The notes under the pieces are model-generated. The model saw only the letters and a list, made by a program, of their open reading frames with translations, did not search any database and was not told where the DNA came from. This document shows positions 39,720 through 50,900 of a stretch of 64,000 nt of DNA, piece by piece; position 1 is the stretch's first letter, and each line of letters opens with the position of its first letter. The position numbers and the translations under genes are program-made. This stretch comes from Candidatus Latescibacterota bacterium (GTDB taxonomy: Bacteria > Latescibacterota > UBA2968 > UBA8231). The DNA lies in the NCBI GenBank assembly GCA_965197905.1, contig CBDAOB010000005.1, forward strand, positions 1,952,001 to 2,016,000. Reading direction: 5' to 3'.

Positions 39720-40883
39720 CTATTGGAGCAACGACAAAACCTGTTGCGACTTTGCGTTAGACTGGGTCAGCATGGCGATCGCCGCCTGGCTCAGGATCTG
39801 ACCTCGCGTAAAGGCGGTTACCTCGGTCGCCATGTCGGCATCTCTCAACGTGCCTTCGGACGCGGTATTGCCCTCGATGGAACCGTCGGTGAAGTTGATC
39901 GTGTGCTGCAACCTATTCATTATACTACCCAGATCGCCTCTGACCTGGGCTACCTTCTCAATCGCTTGATCGACTTGGCCGATCGCCGTTCGCGCGCTCA
40001 GCTGCGTGCCCAGGGAGACGGCGTTTAGATTCAAAAAGGCACCGGAAGCGCTCAAATCCTCAATCGTTACTTCCACTCTGTCCTCTGTGGCGTTGTCGGC
40101 CCCCACCTGGAACGAACCTCCCGTGCCACCGTCAATTACGATAGTCCGGTTGTTCAGGTCTCCGTCGACGTAACTACCGGTGGCGGTGCTGACGTTGTGG
40201 CCTGCCAGGGTAACCTGAATACCGAGGCGGTCGAAGTTGGCGACCGAGGTTGTGCCGGTGGCTACCGCGCTGCCATCCAGCAAAGTGCCAATGTTTATGG
40301 TCTGGCTGACCGTGCCGTTGCCCAGCGAAATCTCGCTGTCGCCGGCTGTATCGCCGAAGGTATAGGTTCCGGAAGCGGCGCCTGAAATACGCACCTTGGT
40401 CGCCCCGGTCTGGTCGCCGGAAGTCAGGGCTGTCGAATCGGTCAACCCCACTGTATTGCCGAAACCGCTGAGCAGCGTCTGATCGTTGTAGACCGCAGAC
40501 TTCGAGATGCGATCGATTTCGGCCTTTAGCTGGTTGACTTCGGCCTCGATCGATTCTCGATTCTTGTCGTTGGTCGTGCTGCTTGACGATTGCACCGCCA
40601 GCGTGCGAATCCGAATCAACATGGCACTGACCTCGTTCAAGGCCCCTTCGGCTACCTGAACGAGATTCGACCCCATTTCGGCGTTTTTGACCCCCTGGGC
40701 TAACCCGGTGATCTGCGCCCGAAACCCCTCTGAGATCGCCAGTCCAGCGGCGTCATCGTCGGCGTTGTTGATTCGCAAACCGGATGAAAGTCGCTCGAGG
40801 CGGGTATTCAAATCCTCGTTGTTCATCCGGACGTGCCGCCTGGTGTTTATGGCGGAGATATTGTGGTTAACTTCCAGGGCCAT
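39720..40883 (-). CDS. fliC: Flagellin paralogue 4
   Basis: ERLSSGLRINNADDDAAGLAISE and LRDADMATE. Confidence 0.96.
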   Translation of the reverse strand: MALEVNHNISAINTRRHVRMNNEDLNTRLERLSSGLRINNADDDAAGLAISEGFRAQITGLAQGVKNAEMGSNLVQVAEGALNEVSAMLIRIRTLAVQSSSSTTNDKNRESIEAEVNQLKAEIDRISKSAVYNDQTLLSGFGNTVGLTDSTALTSGDQTGATKVRISGAASGTYTFGDTAGDSEISLGNGTVSQTINIGTLLDGSAVATGTTSVANFDRLGIQVTLAGHNVSTATGSYVDGDLNNRTIVIDGGTGGSFQVGADNATEDRVEVTIEDLSASGAFLNLNAVSLGTQLSARTAIGQVDQAIEKVAQVRGDLGSIMNRLQHTINFTDGSIEGNTASEGTLRDADMATEVTAFTRGQILSQAAIAMLTQSNAKSQQVLSLLQ

Positions 40884-41003
40884 ACCAAAACCTCCTTGTC
40901 TTGGGGCTCTTCCATGTTACCGGAAGATTCATTCCTCCGGGACTGGACTCGAGTGCCATGTAATGTGACTTTATAGCACTTGATATTACTTTCTACACCC
41001 CTT

Positions 41004-41030
41004 TTATCGACATGGACCCAAAGGGCTTTA
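41004..41030 (-). promoter_or_regulatory. sigma28-type promoter of flagellin 4
   Basis: TAAA-N15-GTCGATAA. Confidence 0.75.
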
Positions 41031-41052
41031 GATAATTCTTTCCGTTTTTTGC

Positions 41053-42492
41053 CTACTGTAGCAGCTGCAATGCTGCTTGTGGTATGGCATTCGCCTGGGC
41101 TACCATGGCGGTGGCCGCCTGGGTAAGTATCTGCTGCCTCGTGAATGCCGAGATTTCCTCGGCGACATCCGCATCGCGAATCGCGGATTCAGCCGCCTGG
41201 AGGTTCTCGATGGCGTTTTCCAGGTTTCGCGTCGTGAACCCAAGCCGATTCTGCACCGCGCCAAGGTCTCCACGCTGCCTCGCGACAGCGAGAATGGCGG
41301 AGTCGATGCGGGCGATGGCCGCCTTTGAGCTCTCGAGGTTGGCGACGGAGAGTCCGGTCAGGTTCAATGTGGGGCCGCTGGCACGCATATCACCGATGTT
41401 CAGCGAGATGCGGTTGGATGCTTCGTTGTTCGGCCCCACCTGTAACACACCGCCTTCCGACTTTTCAATAATGATCTGCTTTGCGTTCAGGCGGCCGTCG
41501 ATATAGGAATTGGCGGCAACGGTGTTGAGAACGTTGTCTGCCGTGTCTGTAAATATATTACCAGCTGTTTCTATCTGAATCTCGTTCAAGGTGGCGTCGA
41601 AGGTTGCCGAGCCAGGCGTTGACAGGGATGCAAGAACGGTGTTCAGGCTGGTGGCAATGTTCGCCAGGGTTTCCCCTGCGGGGATGGTAACCGATTGGTC
41701 CCCGACGATAATAGTCCCACCCGTTCCACCATTGGCAACGCGCGATTTCAGCGTCGTAGATGTCGTGTCGACCGTGGGGCCAACCATCGTGACTTGGACG
41801 CCCAACCGATCAAAATTGGCGAGAAAGGTAGTCCCGGTCGCCACCAGATTGGTTCCGTCGGAGCGATCGAGGGTTGAACCCACGTCGATAGATTGACTGA
41901 GCTGGGTCCCGTCATCGAGGGTAATGGATAGAGTAATTTGGTTGTCGTCCGTTCCCGTGTCCGAGAAGATATAGGTGCCGGGCACCGCCCCAGAGATTCC
42001 AATCTCTGTAACACCCGAGAATCCCTGTAATGCCGTAGAAACCGTACCTGTCTGGGAGACGGCGTTCCCGAATCCGGTCAGGAGCGTGGTCTTGTTATAG
42101 GTCGTGGAGAGGGCAATACGGTCGATTTCCGCCTCCAGCTGATTGAACTCAGCCGAGAGCCCCTGCCTGTTCGAGTCGTTGATGGTTGAGTTTGCCGACT
42201 GCACCGCAAGCTCGCGCATACGACGGAGCATGGTGCTTACTTCATTCAGCGATCCTTCGGCGAGCTGGATGAGACTGGTGCCCTGTTCCGCGTTGCGGAC
42301 GCCCTGGCGCATACCCAGGAGTTCGGACCGCATGCCCTCCGAGACAGAAAGGCCGGCCGCATCATCGGCGCCACGGTTGATTCGCAGACCTGACGAGAGG
42401 CGCTCGATGCGCCTCGTGAAGTCTGCGCTGTTCATGTTCAGGTTACGAGCCGCGTTGATAGCGGCAATGTTGTTACCCACTCTTATGGGCAT
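41053..42492 (-). CDS. fliC: Flagellin paralogue 5 (long, extra domain)
   Basis: ERLSSGLRINRGADDAAGL, RMRELAVQ, LGAVQNRL and IRDADVAEE. Confidence 0.97.
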   Translation of the reverse strand: MPIRVGNNIAAINAARNLNMNSADFTRRIERLSSGLRINRGADDAAGLSVSEGMRSELLGMRQGVRNAEQGTSLIQLAEGSLNEVSTMLRRMRELAVQSANSTINDSNRQGLSAEFNQLEAEIDRIALSTTYNKTTLLTGFGNAVSQTGTVSTALQGFSGVTEIGISGAVPGTYIFSDTGTDDNQITLSITLDDGTQLSQSIDVGSTLDRSDGTNLVATGTTFLANFDRLGVQVTMVGPTVDTTSTTLKSRVANGGTGGTIIVGDQSVTIPAGETLANIATSLNTVLASLSTPGSATFDATLNEIQIETAGNIFTDTADNVLNTVAANSYIDGRLNAKQIIIEKSEGGVLQVGPNNEASNRISLNIGDMRASGPTLNLTGLSVANLESSKAAIARIDSAILAVARQRGDLGAVQNRLGFTTRNLENAIENLQAAESAIRDADVAEEISAFTRQQILTQAATAMVAQANAIPQAALQLLQ

Positions 42493-42606
42493 TGCTCGAC
42501 CTCCTTGCTCGCCGGACAGCCCAGGCTCTCCCTAGCGCTCCGGCCCGTATTATCTTCGAACTACCACGATGGCCAGCTCGAAGTCGCAGGTTACGAGTCT
42601 CGATTT

Positions 42607-42622
42607 AGCAAGGAGTATGCCA
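42607..42622 (-). promoter_or_regulatory. sigma54-type promoter of flagellin 5
   Basis: TGGCAT-ACTCC-TTGCT (GG-N10-GC). Confidence 0.8.
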
Positions 42623-42773
42623 GCCCCGCCATCAAACCTGTGGATACATCCGTTAAGTTACTGTTTTTATTGGTTTAAAGAAGACAATTGGATGAGTCGA
42701 ACAGGTCCCTGTTGGGGTTCATAGTTGGCGATCGGACGAGGCATTTTGGGCAACCAGGCGGAAGAATTTACCA

Positions 42774-43097
42774 ATGATCCCACGTGGCGGGCGCTGCGGA
42801 ACATGCAACCAAACAATGATTTTCGGAGGGCGCTCGGCGAAGATGCTACAGCAAGCCAACGCTCAGGCCGCGCAACAACAGGTAGACGCGGAGGTTACTG
42901 AGGCGAGAGTCCTCGATCAAAGCCGTGCCGTGCCGATGGATGAAACCTCGCCTGGCCAACTTGCCGTCGGCGACCGAACCCGCACGGGCGGCCCCACCTC
43001 AAACACCGAACATCGCCGGCAACCTCCCGAGCCAGCAGCAAAGACCCCTCCCGCCGGCGATAAAAACGGATCAGAGCACATAGATTTTCTGGCGTGA
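42774..43097 (+). CDS. Small low-complexity hypothetical protein
   Basis: Gln/Ala/Pro-rich, ends HIDFLA; possible sigma28-type promoter at 42676-42703; start uncertain. Confidence 0.4.
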   Translation: MIPRGGRCGTCNQTMIFGGRSAKMLQQANAQAAQQQVDAEVTEARVLDQSRAVPMDETSPGQLAVGDRTRTGGPTSNTEHRRQPPEPAAKTPPAGDKNGSEHIDFLA

Positions 43098-43222
43098 TGC
43101 CGATCTATGATGTTGTAGGCAACCCCGTGCGCGGCTCGACGACGGTTTGCACAAGGGTGTGCCCTTCCGGACTTTCGAGGCCGGTCCGGATCCACCCCAC
43201 CTCCGATCATGGCAGGTAACGG

Positions 43223-45566
43223 ATGATATTGCGGTGTTTAACGCTGGTTCTGTCCGTGCTTGCTTCCCAACTGACTGCCCAGCCCCTCGACATCCCGGTT
43301 CCGCCAAAGTCGGGGAATCCGAAATTGGACCTGGAGGCGCTCGGAGGCGAGATGTTGGGCCGTTCCTCCCACCTGGCACGGCTTCGGTTTCGCCGATGCC
43401 GACCGCTTGAGATCACGCCATTTTCCACAAAGCCGGTCGGTAAGGGACTTCACCGGATCCGGTATCTATTCGGGCGAAAGCAAGCATGGTACTGCGTGCA
43501 CCGAGATCGCGTACGACGTCGCTCCGGATGCGGAGTATCATCTTCTGCTTATCGAAGATCTGGTCGATTTCGAGAATGCAAAAGACTACTGTCTGCAAAA
43601 CGGCATTCATGTTGTCAGCTTCTCCGGTCTGTGGCCGTCCACTGGGTACGGAGACGGCAAGGGATTGGCTTGCGACATCGTCAACGACGCAGCCGACAAC
43701 GGCATACTCTGGGTGAATGCTGCGGGGAATCTGGCGCAAAGGCAGTTTGAAAGAACATGGGTGGATGACGACGGAGATGGATGGCACGACTTCGGTCCTG
43801 GACGGGAGGTGCTTCCTCTCGAGGAGACGGAGGCGGGAGATTCGATAGCCCTCTGGCTGACATGGAACGAATGGCCGCGGTCGCAAAGTGATTACGATCT
43901 CTATCTATGTCGCCTGGGGGACGGCGAAGAGCTGGAGATTGTCGCCGAGAGCACGACGACCCAAGAAGACAGCGAACCTATCGAGTCGATCGAATTCGAG
44001 GCGCCGTCGGATGGGACCTATGCCGTCATGGTGGCGAAAAGTCCGGACGCACGTCCGCAGCGATTTAAAGTAATATCCGGCTACCAAGATCTCGGGTCCG
44101 GTTCCCAGTTCAGCACCATCGGTGTCCCAGGAGATGCCCGGGGCGCCTTGACCGTGGGAGCAGTGGATGCCTATCGGTGGCACGATGGTCCGCTCGAGCC
44201 GTACAGCTCTCGCGGACCCACTGCTGATGGCCGCCTGAAGCCAGACCTGGTGGCCCCCACCGGAATATCTACCAGTGTTTTCGGGCGCAGCGGCTTCAAG
44301 GGCACCTCCGGTGCTACCCCGAATGTCGCGGGGGCCGCCGCCGCGTTGCTCAAGTCTGCCTATCCGCACTACGGTCGAGATGAGCTCTACGCCACCCTGC
44401 TGAATTCGACATGGGAGATAGGTGAGGAGGGCTGGGACTATCTCTATGGGCGCGGGAAACTGGTGCTGACCTTAATGCCAGCCATTCCACTCATGCGCGA
44501 ACTCAACACGCCCGAGCAGGCCTTCAACCGCGCCGTCGTCATCAAAGGCTCCTTTTTCGGATCGTCCAGAAGGGACAGCAGGGTTTTGTTTTCGAACGGG
44601 GTTCGGCCTCAGCCTTGGCACTACCTAGCCTGGGGCCGCGAGGAAATCCAGGTGCGGGTTCCGGTAGGGGCGGAAAGCGGGGATATTCGAGTTTTCGTCG
44701 CCAACCGAGAGAGCAACACGCTGCCTCTAACGGTTACCTCCCCGCTGGTGAGAAGGATTTCCAACAGCTCCGTCCGTTTCGGCGACAGGCTGCGGCTATG
44801 GGGCAAAAATTTCGGCAGCCAACGCGGCACAGGGTGGGTCTTCGTGGGCGGCAGGAAAGCGCTGTCCTACGGCGCCTGGCGGGATGGCCTCATCGAGCTT
44901 GAGGTCCCCTCGGATGCGCGTTCCGGTCACATAATCGTACATACGGGAGTGGGCCCGAGCAATCCAGTGGAGATCGATGTAGTCAGCCCGGTGCTGGTCC
45001 TGCTGGCTCCCCGAACCGTCCACAACGGCGACTTGCTGACGATCTGGGGCAGCAACTTCGGCGACCAACGCCGGTCCGGATTTGTCCAGTTGGGCGATCT
45101 GCGGTTAACCGATAGCCAGTACGTGACCTGGGCCGACAAGAAGATCGTCGTACGCATTCCATGGGAAGCGCGATCAGGCGCCATAAAGGTTTGGACCGAA
45201 TCGGGCGAATCGCCGTCCAAGGAGATCGAGGTGGCTGCTCCGGAGCCGCAGACTACCGTCGCCGGCCAGCTTGCTGACGGGTTGCCACTCCGCTCGCAGT
45301 TGGGAATCCCCTTTCCCTCTCCATTCAACGCTCAGGTTGCGATCCCTTTCGAGGTCGCCACGGCGACTCCGACCACCATCCGGGTCTACAACATAGCCGG
45401 TCAGCAGATCGCCACGTTATACGACGATCTCGCTCCCGCGGGCCGGCACCAAATCGTGTGGCGAGGCCGCTCTGCCAGTGGCAGGGAAAGTGCCACCGGT
45501 CTCTATTTCGTGCAGATGACCACTGCGAAGGTCCGGAGTGTCCGCCGCATCGCACTCATTCGCTGA
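43223..45566 (+). pseudogene. Secreted S8 subtilase + 3 IPT/TIG domains + FlgD-Ig/sorting tail, frameshifted
   Basis: Signal peptide in the frame of 43223. After a junction near 43385 a second frame has HGTAC, NAAGN, SSRGPTADGRLKPD, GTSGATP, three G..FG...W...I...P repeats and a PSPFN...VYNIAGQ tail. Confidence 0.8.
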
Positions 45567-45699
45567 TCCCTCCAACCGCGAACCGATACACCTTATATAG
45601 TTCCCTCACTTCCACCGTTGCGAACAGAAGATTCTGGCTGTTTTTCCGTACGCGCCGATAAGAATGAATGAGAAGTCCGCGTGAAGAGGTAGCTCATTC

Positions 45700-46737
45700 A
45701 TGGCCAATGTAAAAGAAGAAGAAATCGCGTCTGTCGACGAAGAGCCGGAACTTCCGCTCGAGCAGAAGGTTGCCATCACCATGGTGGCCCTTGGCGAAGA
45801 GGCCTCGGGCGAAGTCATGAAGTTCCTGAACGACTTCGAGATCGAAGCGATTACGCAAGCGGTGGCGGGACTGAAGAACATTTCCCCCGAACTGATGGAC
45901 CGGGTCCTCGAGGAATTTGAAGCCCACCTCGCAGCGGGAAAATGGATCAGTCAAGGCGGCATCGACTTCGCGCGGTCGGCACTGGAGCGGGCGGTTGGGC
46001 CGCGCCGCGCCCAGGAGATTCTGGAGCGCGTCGGCAACAAGGTTACCTCCGGATTCTACATCCTGAAGAACGTCGCACCGGATCAGCTGGCGCCGTTCAT
46101 CTCAAACGAACATCCCCAAACCATAGCACTCATTCTTTCGCAGCTCGACCCTGCCCAATCGGCGGGAATCCTGGGACAGCTGCCCGAGCGCATGCAGGGG
46201 GACGTCGCCTACCGCGTCGCTACGATGGAGAATATTACGCCCAACGTGATCCAGCAGATCGAAGAAAGTCTGGAGCAGTCGCTAAGAGACATCTTGGGCG
46301 GGAACCAGGATGTAGGCGGTCCCAAAGTGGTAGCCGATATCCTCAACCTGACCGGCTCGACGATCGAGAAGAATATCCTGGACAACATGGACGCCCAGGA
46401 TCCAGAAACCGCGGAATCGGTGCGCAATCTGATGTTTGTATTCTCCGATATCGTCAACTTGACGGACCGCGAGATTCAGGTTCTACTGCGGGAAGCGGAT
46501 CAGAAAGACCTGGTTATCGCCCTCAAAGGCGCCGAGGATGACTTGAAGGAAAAGATCCTGAGCAATATGTCCGAAAGAGTCCGCACCTTCATAACCGAGG
46601 AAATGGACTTTCTCGGTCCGATGCGCTTGAGCGAAGTGGAGGAAGTTCAATTGCGCATCGTTCAGCAAGTGCGACAGTTGGAGGAACAGGGTCAGGTCAC
46701 CATCGTGCGCGGCGAATCGGACGATAAGTTCGTCTAA
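45700..46737 (+). CDS. fliG: Flagellar motor switch protein FliG
   Basis: GGIDFAR, EHPQTIALILS, MFVFSDI, IALKGA, NMSER and GPMRLSEVEE. Confidence 0.96.
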   Translation: MANVKEEEIASVDEEPELPLEQKVAITMVALGEEASGEVMKFLNDFEIEAITQAVAGLKNISPELMDRVLEEFEAHLAAGKWISQGGIDFARSALERAVGPRRAQEILERVGNKVTSGFYILKNVAPDQLAPFISNEHPQTIALILSQLDPAQSAGILGQLPERMQGDVAYRVATMENITPNVIQQIEESLEQSLRDILGGNQDVGGPKVVADILNLTGSTIEKNILDNMDAQDPETAESVRNLMFVFSDIVNLTDREIQVLLREADQKDLVIALKGAEDDLKEKILSNMSERVRTFITEEMDFLGPMRLSEVEEVQLRIVQQVRQLEEQGQVTIVRGESDDKFV

Positions 46738-46848
46738 CCCTATTTGACCGAGTCCTCCCCGGCTGCTAAGCTCCCCATAGCGTCTTCTTTCCCATGCCCT
46801 GCAGGTCCGTTCGCACTCTGATCCGACCTAGCGAGCGGCGCGTCGGAC

Positions 46849-47916
46849 ATGATAGTGCTCATGGACCGAAACTGGCTTCGCGTCTCAATCCTATTGCTCT
46901 TGAGCGGATTGTGGGGTATTGGCTGTGGGACAAACGACCGCTCGCCCGCCGCATCGATACAACAGGAATCGGAAGCGGAAGTCCAGACGCAGGTAGACCC
47001 CGACCTTCTTGAAAGATACGCTCATCTCTGGCCAGTGGAGATGCGCGAAATTACTATTTTCAACGACGGCAGCTCCTCCATCCTGCTCGTCAGTCCGGGG
47101 CGCGTCGGCATCAGGCTGCCGGTACACCGCTGTGCTAGTCCCCTCATTCGGGCCGGCTTCAGCGGCACACCCCCAATTCGGCCCATGCCACCCGATCTGT
47201 TCAAGAGCGTTGCGGACGAACTCCACGTGGGCGTTTCCCTGGTAGTCCTGGAGGTGGATGGCAACGGTGACCCCGTGGCTACCCTGGTTTTGCAGACTGC
47301 CGACCTGGAGGCCAACCTTCCGGCTTCATTCGGCGATGCGCTAACGATCGCCCAGCGCATGGATGCTCTGATCCTGGCCAGTCCACAGCTATTCGAGATC
47401 AAACCCGATGCGAGAAGGTCGAAACCGACGACGGGGGCGATTCCTGCTAGCGCGGCGAACGTTGCCGTCGCGGCGAAATCGCTGCAGCGCGCGCACGAGC
47501 TGATAGACATGGATGTTCTCGACGTGGTGAGTTCGAGGTTTGGCGCCCTGATCGTTCTGCTGGTGGACAGCGGACGCAATTCGGTGCTAACCATGCGCGT
47601 TGGAATATGCGAAGGCCTCGCGATCTTCGACAATCTGCACGGGGCGAGCCTGAGATCGGCGGAGACCCATCTCTTGCTTGCAGGGCTCCTGCGGGAATCA
47701 GGCGCGACCATGACCCACGCCAACATAGTTGACTGGCGCAATGAGATACTATTCGGTGAGCTCGGAATCTCTTACCGTGGCGAGCGGATATCGATCGACT
47801 CGAGACCTAGTGACGCCATAGCTTTGGCGCTGCTCACGGGGGCTCAGGTGGGGGTGGTTCGTGGCCTATTGGAAGCGTTCGGGCAGAGCGCTGAACTGTA
47901 TCGATCCCTCTTGTGA
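46849..47916 (+). CDS. Predicted lipoprotein with tandem bifunctional-nuclease (DUF151) domains
   Basis: Signal peptide ending GIGC; the C-terminal copy has VG..E...I, THLLL and IDSRPSDAIALAL; the N-terminal copy is degenerate (ASFGDALTIA). Confidence 0.75.
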   Translation: MIVLMDRNWLRVSILLLLSGLWGIGCGTNDRSPAASIQQESEAEVQTQVDPDLLERYAHLWPVEMREITIFNDGSSSILLVSPGRVGIRLPVHRCASPLIRAGFSGTPPIRPMPPDLFKSVADELHVGVSLVVLEVDGNGDPVATLVLQTADLEANLPASFGDALTIAQRMDALILASPQLFEIKPDARRSKPTTGAIPASAANVAVAAKSLQRAHELIDMDVLDVVSSRFGALIVLLVDSGRNSVLTMRVGICEGLAIFDNLHGASLRSAETHLLLAGLLRESGATMTHANIVDWRNEILFGELGISYRGERISIDSRPSDAIALALLTGAQVGVVRGLLEAFGQSAELYRSLL

Positions 47917-47926
47917 TCGATCTTGC

Positions 47927-50900
47927 TCAACCCCGGGAAACCTCAGCACTCTTGGCGTAACACAGGTCGGCCGCGTCCTGCACACCGAGGCGCTGGTAGC
48001 AGTCACCCAGGCGCTGAAACGCGGTGCCGTCTCGCGGGTCTGACAATAGCAGAGCTTCGTACTGCGACACGGCCTTCCAATACGCCCCTTGCTGCCAGTA
48101 GATCTCCCCGAGGCACCTCTTGGCCTGCATGTCTCCATCATCCACAAGAGTCGCCGTCGCGTAGCAGAATTCCGCGCATTTGTTCTGGCCCTCGTTGGTG
48201 AGATAGCTGCCCAGCCGGACCAGGTCCCCCCCGATCTCACTGCCGCCGGAGCGGATGCCACTGTGTTCGATGGCCCCCGCGAGCGGCTCGAGAACCTCTT
48301 GTGCCAGCTGCTTAAAGGGGACCCAATCTTCCAGGTGGGCGACGGCCAGCAACAATCCCAGGTTGATATCCAGCAGATTGGGATTGTATTGGCGTAACGT
48401 TTCGAATGTCTCTCTAGCGTCGTGAAAACGCTCCTGGTCAAGATACAGGTGCCCCAGATTGGCCCTAGCTTCGACTTCGTCAGGCGCCGCCTCTACTAAT
48501 CCTGAATAGATCTCCTCAGCGTCGTCGAACGCTCCCGTGGCTTTGGCGATGTAACCCAGATTCAATATCGCCGGTCGATAGTCCGGTCTCTGCTCCAGCA
48601 CCGCTTTGAAGTGAGTCCGGGCTTCTTCGACGTTCTTGGATTCCAGATAGTGGACGCCGATGTTGAAGTCGTGTTTGATGTTGTCGGGATCAATCTTGCG
48701 GGCGGCCAGAAGGATATCCAAGGACTCATCCCGGCGATCGAGCTCCTTCAATAGAACAGCCAGGTTTCCAAGAGCTTCAGTGCGACGAGGAGCCGGTTGT
48801 CCAAGACAATCACCGCAACTCGGGCGCCAAGGGAGGCGCTGTAGGCAGCCTCTTCCCGTCCACCGAGGGCGAGAGCGGCGGGCATAGCCGCTTGATCCGG
48901 AATCGCGTCTGTCCTCTTCTCGACCAGTTCGGACGTCGGGCGACCCACCGCCGGATCGGGCCGGCAGAGAGCCTGGAGGGTATTCACCGCTACCCTGGCA
49001 GCGTGCTGCCAGGTGCATTTGCTCCACTAACACCCCCGAATCGGGCTCCAACAACCAGGCCTGCCCTGCGGTTGGTTGTTCGAACTGAATGTCTCGACGC
49101 GTGGCGGGCACGAGGAAAGAGGTCTCTCCATCGCAGAAATCGTCACAAGCCCCTCCAGCGGTCACGATGGTTGGCAAGGCGCAGGCCATCGCTTCGGCGA
49201 CGGGCAGTCCGAATCCCTCTCCACGATAGGGGTGCACCAGGCAGTCGCATGCCGCGTACAGAGAAGCCACCGCGTCATCCTCAAGATCCTCGGTCATGTA
49301 GAGAATCTCCGGACATGATGGGTCCTGCTGCATGGCGCGAATCGTGTCGCCCGCGTGTTGATTGCGGTAGAAGGTGCTGGTGCCCATATCTTTGACTACC
49401 AGACAGACATCGTCGTCCCTGCTGAAGGCTGATCGATACGCCTGCAGGAGCAGATCGATCCCCTTGCGGTAGAGTGTGCCTCCGACGAAAAGGAACTTGA
49501 AGGATTTCTTGGTCTCCAGTGACATCGGCGTCGACTGCGGGTTGAACAACCCGGGGTCGACACCCAGGGGCACAACGGTCACGTTTTCCGGAGCTATTCC
49601 GCTGTCGAGATAACAGTTCCGAACGTAGTTCGTCGCCGTCCAAATCTGATCGACATTCTCGCCAATAGGAGCGATCCACGCACTCGGTATTCGACCGAAC
49701 TCCCAGTGCTGCATCAGCACGAGTTTGCCGCTTGCCGGTCTTGTGAAGTTCGGCGGCCAGTGATGGCGCAGATGGAAATCTGCATCGGAAAGGACGTGGC
49801 CGAAGCGCTCGGCGACCGCCTGGAAACGGGATGTCGTGGAAACAGAGCTGTTGTCCTCGAACGGAACGGCCCCGATCTCCAGGTTTCCGGTCTCGAGAAT
49901 CTCGCGAAGCAACTCGCGATTGACATGGGCCAGACTGGAGGGCAGGAAGAAGGACCCCTCGAAATTGCCGCGCAATAAGGAGGTAGTTGCGTGCTCGGTG
50001 AATCTTCCTTGGCTGTCGAATCGATTGCCCCACTTTGTCTTGAAGCGCTGTAGATTGGCGTTCACCGAATCGAAGCGGCCGGCACTCGACCCTTCCCAAT
50101 GATCCAATACGGCGTGGGGACAGTAGACGACCTTGAAGCCGTGTTCCCGAACCCGCAGACAAAAATCCACATCCTCTACCCCATTCAGGTATGCCTCGTC
50201 GAAGCCGCCCAGTTCCTCGAAGAGTTCCTTGCGAACCAGCATACAGGCACCGGTCACCATATCCATCTCGCATTGGGTTTCGACCCTGGGATCACGATAG
50301 TCGACTCCGCGATGCAGATGTTCGGGGACACCGTCATACAAAACCAGTCCAGCGTGTTGCACCTTCTCGCTTTCCGGGTACAGAAGTTTGGCACCCACGA
50401 TACCAACCTTGGGATCCGACTCCGCAACGCCGACCATCGCCTTCAACCAGCCTGGGTGTGGCAGGGTATCGTTGTTCAGAAACACCACGAAGTCGCCTTG
50501 GGCAGCCTTTGCGCCCTGGTTGCAGGCGCGGGCGAAGCCGAGGTTGGTGTCATTGGACAACACCTGAACGTCTCCCTCGAAGGAGTTTAGAAGGTACGGC
50601 GTCCAGTCGGTCGAAGCGTTGTCCACAACGACCAGCTCGTAGTTCGGCTCGGCCTCATCGTTGGCGGCCAATGCATGCAGACAACGTTCGGTATGTTCCG
50701 CCTGGTTGTAGACCGGCATGACGATGGTCGCCTGCAGGGGGATAGCATCGCGGGTCGCTTGAAAGATATACTGCATGATCCGGGATTCGTGCCGTGCGCC
50801 TTCGGCATCGCCACCGAGCGCGCCTACCGCCTTCAAGATCGGCTCCATCGCCGTTTCGACCGGTGATTGCGAAGCGGACATCCGCGCGATTTTCAATCCG

